Shown here in pieces: positions 1 to 8,904 of a stretch of DNA of 24,000 nucleotides (its first letter is position 1; every line of letters starts with the position of its first letter). Origin of the DNA: Defluviitalea raffinosedens (GTDB taxonomy: Bacteria > Bacillota > Clostridia > Lachnospirales > Defluviitaleaceae); contig NZ_JAFBEP010000020.1 in NCBI RefSeq assembly GCF_016908775.1, positions 13,245-37,244 of the forward strand. The letters are read 5' to 3'. A program made the position numbers and the translations under genes. The notes under the pieces were generated by a model. It ran no database searches. It was not told the DNA's origin and saw only the letters and a list, made by a program, of their open reading frames with translations.

Positions 1-1162
1 TGATTACACATTCATTGTTGGAATGGATAACCGCAGAATGGCCAGACCCTCCGAAATTAACCATTTCCACAGCTCTTTGGATACCTTCATCAGAATTGTT
101 CACTTTAAAACAGGCCAATATGGGACATAATTTCTCCCTGGATAAAGGATATTCAGGTCCTACTCCTTCAATTTCAGCAACCAGTATTTTTGTACCCTCC
201 GGGACCTCGATTTCAGCCATTTGTGCGATGGTTTCAGCAGATTTGCCCACAATTTTCGGGTTCATGGCACATTTCTTTTCATCAATAGCCAGACCTTCCA
301 GCCTTTCCCTTTCTTCTTCATTGACAAAATAGCAGCCGAGTTTCTTCATATATTCCGTAACAGGTTCGTATATATCCTTGTCAATAATAACCGCCTGCTC
401 TGAGGCGCAAATCATACCGTTATCAAAGGTTTTTGATAAAATTAAATCGGTTACCGCCCTCTTTATATCCGCTGTTTTTTCTATATGACAGGGTACATTA
501 CCCGGACCAACTCCCAGTGCAGGTTTTCCGGCACTATACGCTGCTTTGACCATTGATGAACCTCCTGTGGCTAGTATTAAAGAAATGCCATCATTTTTCA
601 TCAATGCCTGGGTAGCTTCTATGGAGGGGTTTTCTATCCATTGAATACAGTATTCCGGAGCTCCTGCTTTAACAGCTGCATCTCGTACAATTCTGGCAGC
701 CTCTGCACTGCATTGCTGTGAACTGGGATGGAAAGCAAATATAATCGGGTTTCTCGTCTTCATCGCAATAATGCACTTAAATAATGTAGTTGATGTAGGA
801 TTTGTGACCGGTGTAATACCGGCAATAATACCAACCGGTTCTGCAATTTCAAAATAGTCTTCTTCTTCATTTTCATTAATAATACCTACAGTTTTTTCAT
901 ATTTTATACTGTGGTAAATATACTCAGTAGCAAATAAGTTTTTAATAATTTTATCTTCATAGACTCCCCTCTGGGTTTCTTCAATTGCCAATTTTGCCAG
1001 CCTCATATGGTTAGCTAATCCAGCAAGGGCCATTTCTTTAACAATATGGTCCACTTGCTCCTGGTTTAATTTAACCATTTCTTTTAAGGCCATCTTACCA
1101 TTTTCTATCAGGTTTTCTATAATAACAGGCACTTCACTGTTAGTTTTATTCTGTTCGGCCAT
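1..1162 (-). CDS. adhE: Bifunctional acetaldehyde-CoA/alcohol dehydrogenase AdhE, N-terminal aldehyde-dehydrogenase part (3' end runs off the window)
   Basis: My own minus-strand translation starts at ATG 1162-1160, with AGGAGG at 1169-1174 six nt upstream. It reads MAEQNKTNSEVPVIIENLIENGKMALKEM...EPVGIIAGITPVTNPTSTTLFKCIIAMKTRNPIIFAFHPSS...LATGGSSMVKAAYSAGKPALGVGPGNVP...FDNGMICASEQAVII...NFGGSGHSAVIHSNNECVI. The frame stays open to base 1. It is missing from the ORF track because no stop codon falls inside the window. Confidence 0.9.
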   Translation of the reverse strand, partial: MAEQNKTNSEVPVIIENLIENGKMALKEMVKLNQEQVDHIVKEMALAGLANHMRLAKLAIEETQRGVYEDKIIKNLFATEYIYHSIKYEKTVGIINENEEEDYFEIAEPVGIIAGITPVTNPTSTTLFKCIIAMKTRNPIIFAFHPSSQQCSAEAARIVRDAAVKAGAPEYCIQWIENPSIEATQALMKNDGISLILATGGSSMVKAAYSAGKPALGVGPGNVPCHIEKTADIKRAVTDLILSKTFDNGMICASEQAVIIDKDIYEPVTEYMKKLGCYFVNEEERERLEGLAIDEKKCAMNPKIVGKSAETIAQMAEIEVPEGTKILVAEIEGVGPEYPLSREKLCPILACFKVNNSDEGIQRAVEMVNFGGSGHSAVIHSNNECVI

Positions 1163-1546
1163 AAAAATCCTCCTATCCTGCATAACATAACTTTTGTCGC
1201 TTTATATAGTATGTTAATAAGACCAGATTTTTATTACAGATAAATTGGTTTGTGTAGATTAGTTCTTCGTCATCTTTCCGTACTCTCGCTATAGTAGTAA
1301 ACACCGAAATATCCCTATATTGTATTTAATGTTTGTTGCCCGTATTTTCTACGATAAAAAGCTAACTAGTGCTATTATTGACAGGTTGGTACACCACAGT
1401 CATTTGCTTGTTTTCCAGGGGCAAAGTTACAGGCTAACACACTCAACCATGAAATCCCAATAATGGGACAGGGGTGCTTGGAAAATTTAGTTCCGCAATG
1501 CCTGGATTTATACTTGCCAAAAACACCAGCACCAATACTTTCGGTT

Positions 1547-3217
1547 TTATTGGTTGCGTCTAAATGTGACTGTTATCGTTGTACCCTTTCCGGGCTTGCT
1601 TAACAGCTGAACCCTGGCATTATGGAATTCCGCACTGTGCTTTACAATGGAAAGCCCCAGCCCGGTTCCGCCGGTTTCCCTTGAATGGGACTTGTCAATT
1701 CTATAAAAACGTTCAAACACCCGGCTTTGGTGCTCTCTGGGAATGCCAAAACCATTATCTGCAACGGTTAGTACGACATTATCGGGTAAAGCTCTGACAC
1801 TTACATCAACCGTGCCTTTTTCATAATTGTATTTGATTGCATTATCGCACAGGTTATAGATCATTTTCTCCAGGATTTGCCTGACACCTGAAATGATAGC
1901 ATTCTCACCGCTGACTGACAGCTTTATCTGTTTCTGCTGCGCAAGGGAAGATAGTCTGCTGACTGTTTCCGTTGCCAATTCCAATAAGTCAATCTCTTCA
2001 AAAGGAAGCTGAACATTTTTCTCATCCAGCCTGGAGATCCGTATCACATCGTCTATAAGGTTTATGAGATGCCTTGCTTCTTTGTATATGCGGTTAGCAA
2101 ACTCGGGAATGTCCTCCGGCTGCACCATGCCGTTTTTCATAAGCTCTGCATAACCTGAAATGGAGGTAAGGGGCGTTTTGAGTTCATGGGACACATTGGC
2201 AGTAAACTCACGGCGCATTTTTTCAGCAGATTGTTTCTCTGTTATATCCAATATAAATAGAATAACTCCTTTGACAACCATATCATCCTTAACAGGGCTG
2301 ACCAGTAAATGAAAAGAATCCTCACCAATTGTAAATGTATTTTCAAATAAATGCCCGCCCATAGCTGTCTCTATTGCTTTTTGGAGGGGTATGCTTCGAT
2401 CTAAGGTTAATATATGCTTGTTAATTATATCCTGGGTGCTTACATTAAATATGCTTGCAGCACTTTTGTTGATGAATAATATCAAGCCTTTGTTGTTTAA
2501 AACTATTATTCCTTCGCTGATATTTTCCGTAATCGCATTAAACTCTTCCTGCTTCTCCTTCAGCCTTTTGAACTGGCTTTCGATCTGTTCGTTCTGTCTT
2601 GCCATGCGGGACAGCAGTGGGGACAATTCGTCATAGACATCATTGGATAACGGATTCTCCAAATTTAAGTTGTTTAAAGGGAAAATAATTTTTTTCGTAA
2701 GCAGATTGGCAATGATCATGGTCAGCAGTATAACCAGTAGTGTAATTAAAGCGATATACGGTATAAAACCTAAAACAGATTTGAAAACACTGTTTGTTGT
2801 GGCTGATACTCTCAGAACTGTGCCGTCATTGAGCCGGACAGCCCGATAAAATGTCTGTGTACCAAGAGTTTTGGAAAGATGAACTGCTTCACCGAAGCCG
2901 TTTTTCAATGCATCGGCAATTTCCGGCCTATTGAGGTGTTTTTCCATGTTTTCTGCTTTAACCATATTATCAAACAAAACAGTTCCGTCACTTGCTACCC
3001 ATGTGATCCTGCTGGAGTTTTCCTGATTTTTAAGGCCGGAAAAAACCTGTTCTCCGATTAAATTGTAGCCGTTTGAGATAAAAAGAGCTTCATTTCTGAT
3101 TTCCTGCTGCATCTGGATATGGAATTCCCTGTATATGACTCCGGTTATAAGAAAGGAAGTGAGTAGAATGGTTATAAGGGCTAGCAGCAGCATGCTTTTA
3201 TAAATACGCTTTTTCAT
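1547..3217 (-). CDS. phoR: Phosphate-regulon sensor histidine kinase (PhoR-like; TM-extracellular-TM, PAS, HisKA, HATPase_c)
   Basis: The 556-aa ORF has an N-terminal TM helix and a second TM (IPYIALITLLVILLTMIIANLL). A PAS-like segment follows, then the H-box FTANVSHELKTPLTSISGY and the ATPase motifs DNAIKYN, DNGFGIP and GGTGLGLSIV. Its start overlaps the phoP stop by 4 nt, and it is the last gene of the pst-pho block. Confidence 0.85.
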   Translation of the reverse strand: MKKRIYKSMLLLALITILLTSFLITGVIYREFHIQMQQEIRNEALFISNGYNLIGEQVFSGLKNQENSSRITWVASDGTVLFDNMVKAENMEKHLNRPEIADALKNGFGEAVHLSKTLGTQTFYRAVRLNDGTVLRVSATTNSVFKSVLGFIPYIALITLLVILLTMIIANLLTKKIIFPLNNLNLENPLSNDVYDELSPLLSRMARQNEQIESQFKRLKEKQEEFNAITENISEGIIVLNNKGLILFINKSAASIFNVSTQDIINKHILTLDRSIPLQKAIETAMGGHLFENTFTIGEDSFHLLVSPVKDDMVVKGVILFILDITEKQSAEKMRREFTANVSHELKTPLTSISGYAELMKNGMVQPEDIPEFANRIYKEARHLINLIDDVIRISRLDEKNVQLPFEEIDLLELATETVSRLSSLAQQKQIKLSVSGENAIISGVRQILEKMIYNLCDNAIKYNYEKGTVDVSVRALPDNVVLTVADNGFGIPREHQSRVFERFYRIDKSHSRETGGTGLGLSIVKHSAEFHNARVQLLSKPGKGTTITVTFRRNQ

Positions 3218-3888
3218 GCATTTCCTCCGATCCTGTATCCGATCCCTCTAACCGTTTCAATAACTGATCCTGCTTCTCCAAGCTTTTGACGCAGGGTGCG
3301 GATATGCACATCCACAGTACGGGTCTCTCCTTCATACTCATATCCCCATACTTCTTCCAGGAGCTTATCCCTTGTCAATACAATACCGGCATTTTCCAAT
3401 AAATATTTCAGAAGCTCAAATTCTTTGAATGTGAGAGCAACCTCCTTCCCGTCCGCCAGAACAACATGCCTGTCAATATACATTGTCAGCCGACCGGTGG
3501 ATAATTCGGATGAATTGCTTACATTTCCTGATCTTCTGAGAACAGCTTTGACACGGGACAGGAACTCCATAATTCCAAAAGGCTTGGTTATATAATCATC
3601 TGCTCCGTTGTCCAGCCCAAGAACCTTGTCATATTCTGCGCTCTTTGCAGTAAGCATTATTATCGGAATGTGCCGTGTTTTCGGTGATGCCTTTAGTTTT
3701 TTCAATATTTCAATACCGTCTTCGCCTGGAAGCATGATATCAAGCAATATTAAAGCAGGAAGTCTGCTTTCCAACGCTTTTAAAAAAGGTCTTCCTTCGC
3801 TGAACCCAATAGCCTCATATCCGTTGGATTTAAGTGCATATATGATAAGCTCCCGTATGCTTCTGTCGTCCTCTACACAATAGATCAT
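3214..3888 (-). CDS. phoP: OmpR/PhoB-family response regulator (PhoP)
   Basis: The 224-aa ORF has a receiver domain (ILLDIMLPGEDG, MLTAK) and a winged-helix C-terminus (LTFKEFELLKYLLEN...RTVDVHIRTLRQKL...VRGIGYR). It sits between phoU and phoR. Confidence 0.88.
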   Translation of the reverse strand: MIYCVEDDRSIRELIIYALKSNGYEAIGFSEGRPFLKALESRLPALILLDIMLPGEDGIEILKKLKASPKTRHIPIIMLTAKSAEYDKVLGLDNGADDYITKPFGIMEFLSRVKAVLRRSGNVSNSSELSTGRLTMYIDRHVVLADGKEVALTFKEFELLKYLLENAGIVLTRDKLLEEVWGYEYEGETRTVDVHIRTLRQKLGEAGSVIETVRGIGYRIGGNA

Positions 3889-3890
3889 TT

Positions 3891-4538
3891 TTAAACCTCG
3901 CTAATATGCTTGCCGGTAATGGAAAATACAACCCATTCGGCAATATTTGTAGCATGATCGCCTATCCGTTCAAAATATTTGGCAATCATCATCAGGTCAA
4001 TAGCAAATTCACCGTTATTGGTATCTTCATTAATCAGCCTGATCATATCAGCCTTCACATCATTAAACAGATTATCAACTACATCATCGTAATCTATTAC
4101 AGCCTTGGCAAGCCCCAGATCCTGTCGAACATAAGCGTCGATACTGTCCGTAACCATTTTAATCGTAGCCTTTGCCATGTCTACAATGTGATTTGTGTTA
4201 TCTGCAGCCTTTATATTGGCAAGCATGGTTATTTCCGATATATCTGCAGCCTGATCCCCAATTCGCTCCATATCTGTAATCATCTTTAGGGCAGATGAAA
4301 TCTGGCGCAAATCTCTGGCAACAGGCTGCTGCTGGAGAAGCAGTTTAAGGCAGAGGCTTTCAATCTCTTTTTCTTTTTGGTCTATGTTCCCATCTGCCGC
4401 AATTGCCTTTTTGGCAAGTTCTATATCTCCGTCTATCAGCGCTTTTGTCGCATTTGCTATTGCTCCTTCACACAAGGCGCCCATCTGTATCATCTGTTTC
4501 TTTAAAAGCTCCAGCTGCTCATCGAATTTATTCCTCAT
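3891..4538 (-). CDS. phoU: Phosphate signalling complex protein PhoU
   Basis: The 215-aa ORF shows the duplicated PhoU repeat, with the signatures ARDLRQISSALKMITDMERIGDQA and AKYFERIGDHATNIAE. It lies directly downstream of pstB, with a 1-nt overlap at 4538. Confidence 0.92.
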   Translation of the reverse strand: MRNKFDEQLELLKKQMIQMGALCEGAIANATKALIDGDIELAKKAIAADGNIDQKEKEIESLCLKLLLQQQPVARDLRQISSALKMITDMERIGDQAADISEITMLANIKAADNTNHIVDMAKATIKMVTDSIDAYVRQDLGLAKAVIDYDDVVDNLFNDVKADMIRLINEDTNNGEFAIDLMMIAKYFERIGDHATNIAEWVVFSITGKHISEV

Positions 4539-5287
4539 TACCCAAACCTCCCGGTTATATAATCCTCAGTTCGTTTATCCTTTGGCATGGAGAACAGCTC
4601 CTCTGCACTTGCATATTCTATTACTTCTCCATGTAGGAAAAATGCGGTTGAATCTGCAATACGTACAGCTTGCTGCATATTATGGGTAACTATAATAATA
4701 GTATAGTCTTCTTTCAGTTCAACAGCAAGGTCTTCGATTTTGGATGTTGAGATGGGATCAAGGGCTGATGTCGGTTCATCCATCAACAGGACTTCAGGCT
4801 GTACAGCCAACGCTCTTGCAATGCAAAGCCTCTGCTGCTGGCCGCCGGAGAGCTCCAAAGCACTCTTTTTCAGGCGATCCTTTAATTCATCCCATATTGC
4901 AGCTTGCCGCAGGGATCTCTCTACCACATCATCCAGCTTGATCTTTGATCGGATGCCGTGGGTACGAGGCCCGAATGCCACATTGTCATAAACACTCATA
5001 GGAAAGGGATTAGGCTTTTGAAAAACCATTCCAATCCGTTTCCGAAGCAGGTTTATATCCATATCACCGTAAATGTTTTCACCGTCCAGCAAGACCTTAC
5101 CGGTTATTCTGCAGCCTTCAACAAGGTCATTCATTCGGTTCATGCATTTCAGAAGGGTGGATTTTCCGCAACCTGACGGCCCTATGAAGGCTGTTATTTC
5201 GTTTTTTTTGATATTCAGATTGACCTTCTTCAATGCCTGAAAATCGCCATAATATAAATCCAGATTCTCTATACGAATTTTATCCAT
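4538..5287 (-). CDS. pstB: Phosphate ABC transporter ATP-binding protein PstB
   Basis: The 249-aa ORF has Walker [10 protein letters not shown], signature [15 protein letters not shown] and Walker [12 protein letters not shown]. The N-terminus [15 protein letters not shown] is typical of PstB. Confidence 0.93.
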   Translation of the reverse strand: MDKIRIENLDLYYGDFQALKKVNLNIKKNEITAFIGPSGCGKSTLLKCMNRMNDLVEGCRITGKVLLDGENIYGDMDINLLRKRIGMVFQKPNPFPMSVYDNVAFGPRTHGIRSKIKLDDVVERSLRQAAIWDELKDRLKKSALELSGGQQQRLCIARALAVQPEVLLMDEPTSALDPISTSKIEDLAVELKEDYTIIIVTHNMQQAVRIADSTAFFLHGEVIEYASAEELFSMPKDKRTEDYITGRFG

Positions 5288-5410
5288 ATCTTATCCTTTC
5301 TGCTCCTTCTTCCAGCAACCAGAGTCTAGTATCCAGCATGTGGTATCTAATATGCAGTCAAGCATTACCCAGTACCTGACACCTTTCTCCTAATATCTGG
5401 CACCTGGTTC

Positions 5411-6286
5411 TTAGGATTTTGTCAGTTTTTTTGCTATATATCCTGAGAACCAGTTAATCAATACAACAATAAATAACAGTATTACAGCCGTTGCATAAGA
5501 CTGGTTTACATACAACCCTTCGCTGGTAAGAGCGTACATGTGAACCGATAGTGTGCGGGTAGAATCAAACAGAAAGTCCCTGCCCTTTGGTATTTCAGCT
5601 ACGGTTCCGGCAGTATAGATCAGTGCCGCGCTCTCTCCGACAATCCTTCCAATGCCCAGGATGACACCGGCCAAAATACCAGGCATTGCAGAGGGCAAAA
5701 CAATTCTAAACACAGTCCTGAGCTTGCCTGCTCCCAGCCCGTAACTGCCTTCCCGGTACGAATCGGGAACAGCTTTTAATGCTTCCTCAGCGGTACGCAT
5801 GACAAGCGGCAGAATCATAATTGCCAATGTGCATGCACCTGCCAGGAGTGACATTCCCCAGCCAAGAGCAGTTACAAAAAACAGCAATCCAAACAAGCCG
5901 TAAACGATTGACGGAATCCCTGACAGTGTCTCGGCAGTAATTCTGATTATGCCAACCAGCCTTTTGCCTCTTTTCGCATACTCAACCAGATAGATGGCAG
6001 AAAAAATTCCTATAGGCGCTGCAATCAGAAGCGAGATTAACGTCATGATAACAGTATTTATCAAAGCCGGCATAAGTGAAACATTCAATGTATTATATTC
6101 CCACTGAAACAGCTCAGGCTTGATATTAGGTATCCCTCTTATCATGATATACCCAATCAAAAAAAGCAAAATACCTATGGTAAGAATTGTTGATACTAAC
6201 ACCAGGAGGAACAGGGCCAGCGACAGGGGGCTGCGTTTATAGGCCTTGAGCTTTTGCCCGAATGATCGCTTGTTTATGCATTCCAT
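5411..6286 (-). CDS. pstA: Phosphate ABC transporter permease PstA
   Basis: The 291-aa polytopic membrane protein carries an EAA-loop-like motif (EALKAVPDSYREGSYGLGAGKLRTVFRIVLP). It is the second permease after pstC, and its start overlaps the pstC stop by 1 nt. Confidence 0.88.
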   Translation of the reverse strand: MECINKRSFGQKLKAYKRSPLSLALFLLVLVSTILTIGILLFLIGYIMIRGIPNIKPELFQWEYNTLNVSLMPALINTVIMTLISLLIAAPIGIFSAIYLVEYAKRGKRLVGIIRITAETLSGIPSIVYGLFGLLFFVTALGWGMSLLAGACTLAIMILPLVMRTAEEALKAVPDSYREGSYGLGAGKLRTVFRIVLPSAMPGILAGVILGIGRIVGESAALIYTAGTVAEIPKGRDFLFDSTRTLSVHMYALTSEGLYVNQSYATAVILLFIVVLINWFSGYIAKKLTKS

Positions 6287-7140
6287 CAGCCAGTCCTCCT
6301 TTTAAGCAGTGACAATAATAAATTTATAATAAGAATAAATACAAACAGCACAACAGCTGTCGCAATCAGGGCCTCCCTGTGCAGTTCCGCAGCATAGCCC
6401 ATTTCAATGATTATGTTGGCTGTAAGTGTCCTGACGCCTTTCAGCAATCCGGCAGGCATTCGTGCCTGGTTTCCTGCAACCATGATGACTGCCATGGTCT
6501 CTCCGATGGCTCTGCCTATACCCAGGACCACAGCAGCCATGATGCCGGATTTTGCAGCCGGAAGCATTACAAAAAATATGCTCCTTTCATGGCTCGCCCC
6601 AAGTGCCAGTCCGCCTTCATAATAGCTTTGAGGGACTGCTCTGATTGCTGATTCGCTTACGCCTGCAATCGTAGGCAAAATCATGATGCCCAGGAGAATG
6701 GATGCCGTCAACATGCTGCTACCGGTGCCCCCAAAGGTATCACGGATAAAAGGAACTATGACTACAAGTCCGAAAAACCCGTATACAATGGAAGGAATCC
6801 CTGCGAGCAGGTTTATTGCAGGTTTTAAGATGCGGTACAGCCTTTTGGGGCAGTACCTGGCCATGAATACAGCTGTCAAAATCCCTATGGGTACTCCAAT
6901 CACTGCAGCGCCGGCTGTTACATAGATACTTCCCAATATCATGGGTAAAATTCCAAAAGAAGGAGGTGTATTATTAGGTTTCCAGGTTGTGCCCAGCAGA
7001 AAATCAAATATTCCGATTTTCGCCATAGCAGGTATGCCGTTTATAAACAGAAATAAACAAATAAGTGCAACAGCCAGAATGGATGTGCATGCTGCTGCAA
7101 AAAATATTGCTTTCATTATGCTTTCTTTATATTTTGTCAT
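6286..7140 (-). CDS. pstC: Phosphate ABC transporter permease PstC
   Basis: The 284-aa polytopic membrane protein has the EAA-like motif (SESAIRAVPQSYYEGGLALGASHERSIFFVMLP). It is the first permease downstream of pstS. Confidence 0.88.
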   Translation of the reverse strand: MTKYKESIMKAIFFAAACTSILAVALICLFLFINGIPAMAKIGIFDFLLGTTWKPNNTPPSFGILPMILGSIYVTAGAAVIGVPIGILTAVFMARYCPKRLYRILKPAINLLAGIPSIVYGFFGLVVIVPFIRDTFGGTGSSMLTASILLGIMILPTIAGVSESAIRAVPQSYYEGGLALGASHERSIFFVMLPAAKSGIMAAVVLGIGRAIGETMAVIMVAGNQARMPAGLLKGVRTLTANIIIEMGYAAELHREALIATAVVLFVFILIINLLLSLLKRRTG

Positions 7141-7179
7141 AGATACTTAACCCCTTAAAAGCCCGTATACGCACCTGAT

Positions 7180-7199
7180 CTGGCAAAATACCCTGCCAG
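7180..7199 (-). other. Stem-loop in the pstS-pstC spacer (likely mRNA stabiliser or partial terminator)
   Basis: On the minus strand CUGGCA (7199-7194), an 8-nt loop and UGCCAG (7185-7180) form the hairpin. It starts 11 nt after the pstS stop and has no U-tract after it. Confidence 0.4.
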
Positions 7200-7210
7200 T
7201 TTATTTTGGC

Positions 7211-8065
7211 TTACTTAGCAACCTCATTCCAGGAGGTAATTTCCCCTTTGAAAATGGCGTTAATCTGGTCACTTGTAATGTTGCTTATTGTATTTTCCTT
7301 GTTTACGATGACTGCAAGCCCATCCATGGCTATTACTGTTGATCTCAAGCTTTTCAATTCGCTCTCCGTCAACTCTCTGGATGCCATACCGATATCACAA
7401 GTTCCTTCCATTACTGAATTCATGCCTGTTGTAGAATCACTGATCTGTATCTCAATCTCTGCATTGGTGTTCAGCTTCAAATAAGCCTCTTTCAGCTTCT
7501 CCATGACCGGAGTAACGGACGAGGATCCTGCAACTACTATTTTGCCGAATGGCTTCGAGCCGCTGTAAGGACCTTCTTCTGATGAAGCAATATAGCCATT
7601 GTCTTCTACTACCTTTTGTCCGTCGTTGCTAAGAATAAACCTGATAAAATCCTGAGCCAGTTCGCTGAGGTCTTCCTTGGTTGCAATATTGAAAGGTCTG
7701 AATATCTTGTAAGCATTGTTTTTAATATTTCCAACGGTGGGCTCTATTCCATCAATCTTAACTGCTTTGACGGTATCATTCAAGGAACCCAGGGAGATAT
7801 ACCCAATGGAGTTCTTATTGCCAGCTACCGTGGTCATTACGATGGAAGTACTGTTTACAACGGTTGCCTCGTCTGTTGTATGATCTATCTTGTTTCCATT
7901 TGCATCCTTTTCTTCAATTCCAAACAGTTCAATAAATGCTCCTCTGGTGCCCGATCCATCTTCCCGGGAAACAACTACAATGTCATTGCGGCCTCCGCCT
8001 GCACAGCCTGTGAAGAAGATTGTCAGCATGATTATAGTTGAAATAAGTCCTAAATTCTTTTTCAT
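7211..8065 (-). CDS. pstS: Phosphate-binding lipoprotein PstS
   Basis: The 284-aa ORF has a lipoprotein signal peptide with the lipobox FFTGC. The SGTRGAF motif is typical of Firmicute PstS. It is the first gene of the pst operon. Confidence 0.9.
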   Translation of the reverse strand: MKKNLGLISTIIMLTIFFTGCAGGGRNDIVVVSREDGSGTRGAFIELFGIEEKDANGNKIDHTTDEATVVNSTSIVMTTVAGNKNSIGYISLGSLNDTVKAVKIDGIEPTVGNIKNNAYKIFRPFNIATKEDLSELAQDFIRFILSNDGQKVVEDNGYIASSEEGPYSGSKPFGKIVVAGSSSVTPVMEKLKEAYLKLNTNAEIEIQISDSTTGMNSVMEGTCDIGMASRELTESELKSLRSTVIAMDGLAVIVNKENTISNITSDQINAIFKGEITSWNEVAK

Positions 8066-8121
8066 TCTGCTTTTTCACTCCTTTACCTTTTCTCTCAATA
8101 ATTTCTTCTTTGACAATATGA

Positions 8122-8176
8122 ATATTACAGCATAGAAGTTAAAGATAAATGCAGGTTTAGGTTAAATTCTTGTAAA
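8122..8176 (-). promoter_or_regulatory. Candidate PhoP-activated pst promoter: phased Pho-box-like hexamers plus a -10 element
   Basis: The minus strand reads TTTACAagaatTTAACCtaaacCTGCATttatcTTTAACttctatgcTGTAATAT. Hexamers begin at 8176, 8165, 8154 and 8143, an exact 11-bp phasing. Three of the four resemble the Bacillus Pho box TT(A/T/C)ACA. A TAATAT -10 sits at 8127-8122 with an adjacent TG, and there is no canonical -35. Confidence 0.4.
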
Positions 8177-8378
8177 ATCAAATTATATATCCTTTCATCT
8201 AATCAATCTAAAGGCCTTCCTTGGGGGTTCTGCTTTCAATGTACTTAATTCTATGAAACCCGCCTCTACTGTAAAATTTGATTGGAGGTGGATGGACCGA
8301 TAGTAGATGGATTACCGTAAACATTTTACCGCTTTTCTGCATATAGAATACTTGTCACTGATATTAAAAATTTTATCT

Positions 8379-8411
8379 ATAAAAAAGAAAACGCCGGATA
8401 AAAAACCGACA
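8379..8411 (-). terminator. Probable rho-independent terminator of the ars/hgc operon
   Basis: The minus strand forms UGUCGG (8411-8406), loop UUUUUUAU and CCGGCG (8397-8392), followed by UUUUCUUUUUUAU. That is 6 bp including two G-U pairs. It lies 89 nt downstream of the arsC stop. Confidence 0.5.
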
Positions 8412-8499
8412 TTCTCTCATCATTGCCCCATCTTAAATTTGCTTTACACTGCGTAATATAGCCATCGTTCAAACTACTCGATTGGAATTGGTGTTATAA

Positions 8500-8904
8500 T
8501 TATTTATGCTTTAGTCTGACTTTTAGCTCCTTTACTTTTGTTTCTATTCTTGAGATTACTTTTTTAAATTCGTCATCACCCTTGCCTGTGGGATCATCCA
8601 GTCCCCAATCTTCCCTGTGTTTACATGGAAGGTAAGGGCATTCCACATTGCATCCCATTGTAATAACAATATCTACCGGAGGGATTTCATCAAGCAGCTT
8701 TGAATATTGGGTTTTCTCCATATCTATATCATATAGCTTTTTCATTAGACGCACAGCATCCTGATCAATTTGGGGTTTTGTTTCTGTGCCGGCAGAGTAG
8801 CTTTCAAATATATCTCCTGCAAAATGCTTACCAAGCGCCTCAGCTATTTGGCTTCGACATGAATTATGAACACAAATAAATGCGACCTTAGGTTTATTAC
8901 TCAT
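8500..8904 (-). CDS. arsC: Arsenate reductase, thioredoxin-coupled LMW-PTP type
   Basis: The 134-aa ORF has the P-loop CVHNSCRSQ and downstream Cys residues in GCNVECPYLPC, matching the pI258 ArsC-type Cys triad layout. Its start overlaps the acr3 stop through the sequence ATGAGTAA. Confidence 0.9.
   Translation of the reverse strand: MSNKPKVAFICVHNSCRSQIAEALGKHFAGDIFESYSAGTETKPQIDQDAVRLMKKLYDIDMEKTQYSKLLDEIPPVDIVITMGCNVECPYLPCKHREDWGLDDPTGKGDDEFKKVISRIETKVKELKVRLKHK

Noticed and set aside
1163-1546. A Rex operator (TTGTTAAnnnnTTAACAA-type palindrome) upstream of adhE
   Set aside because: Only a loose dyad, TGTTAATAA...TTATTACA, with a 10-nt spacer at about 1211-1237 was found. Its spacing and half-sites do not fit the known consensus.
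8181-8378. A possible small gene or sRNA between the pst promoter and the ars terminator (GGAGGTGGATG at about 8285-8295; AAGGCCTT palindrome at about 8211-8218)
   Set aside because: The ATG directly abuts the SD-like sequence and opens only a 3-codon ORF. No stable structure or promoter could be supported.
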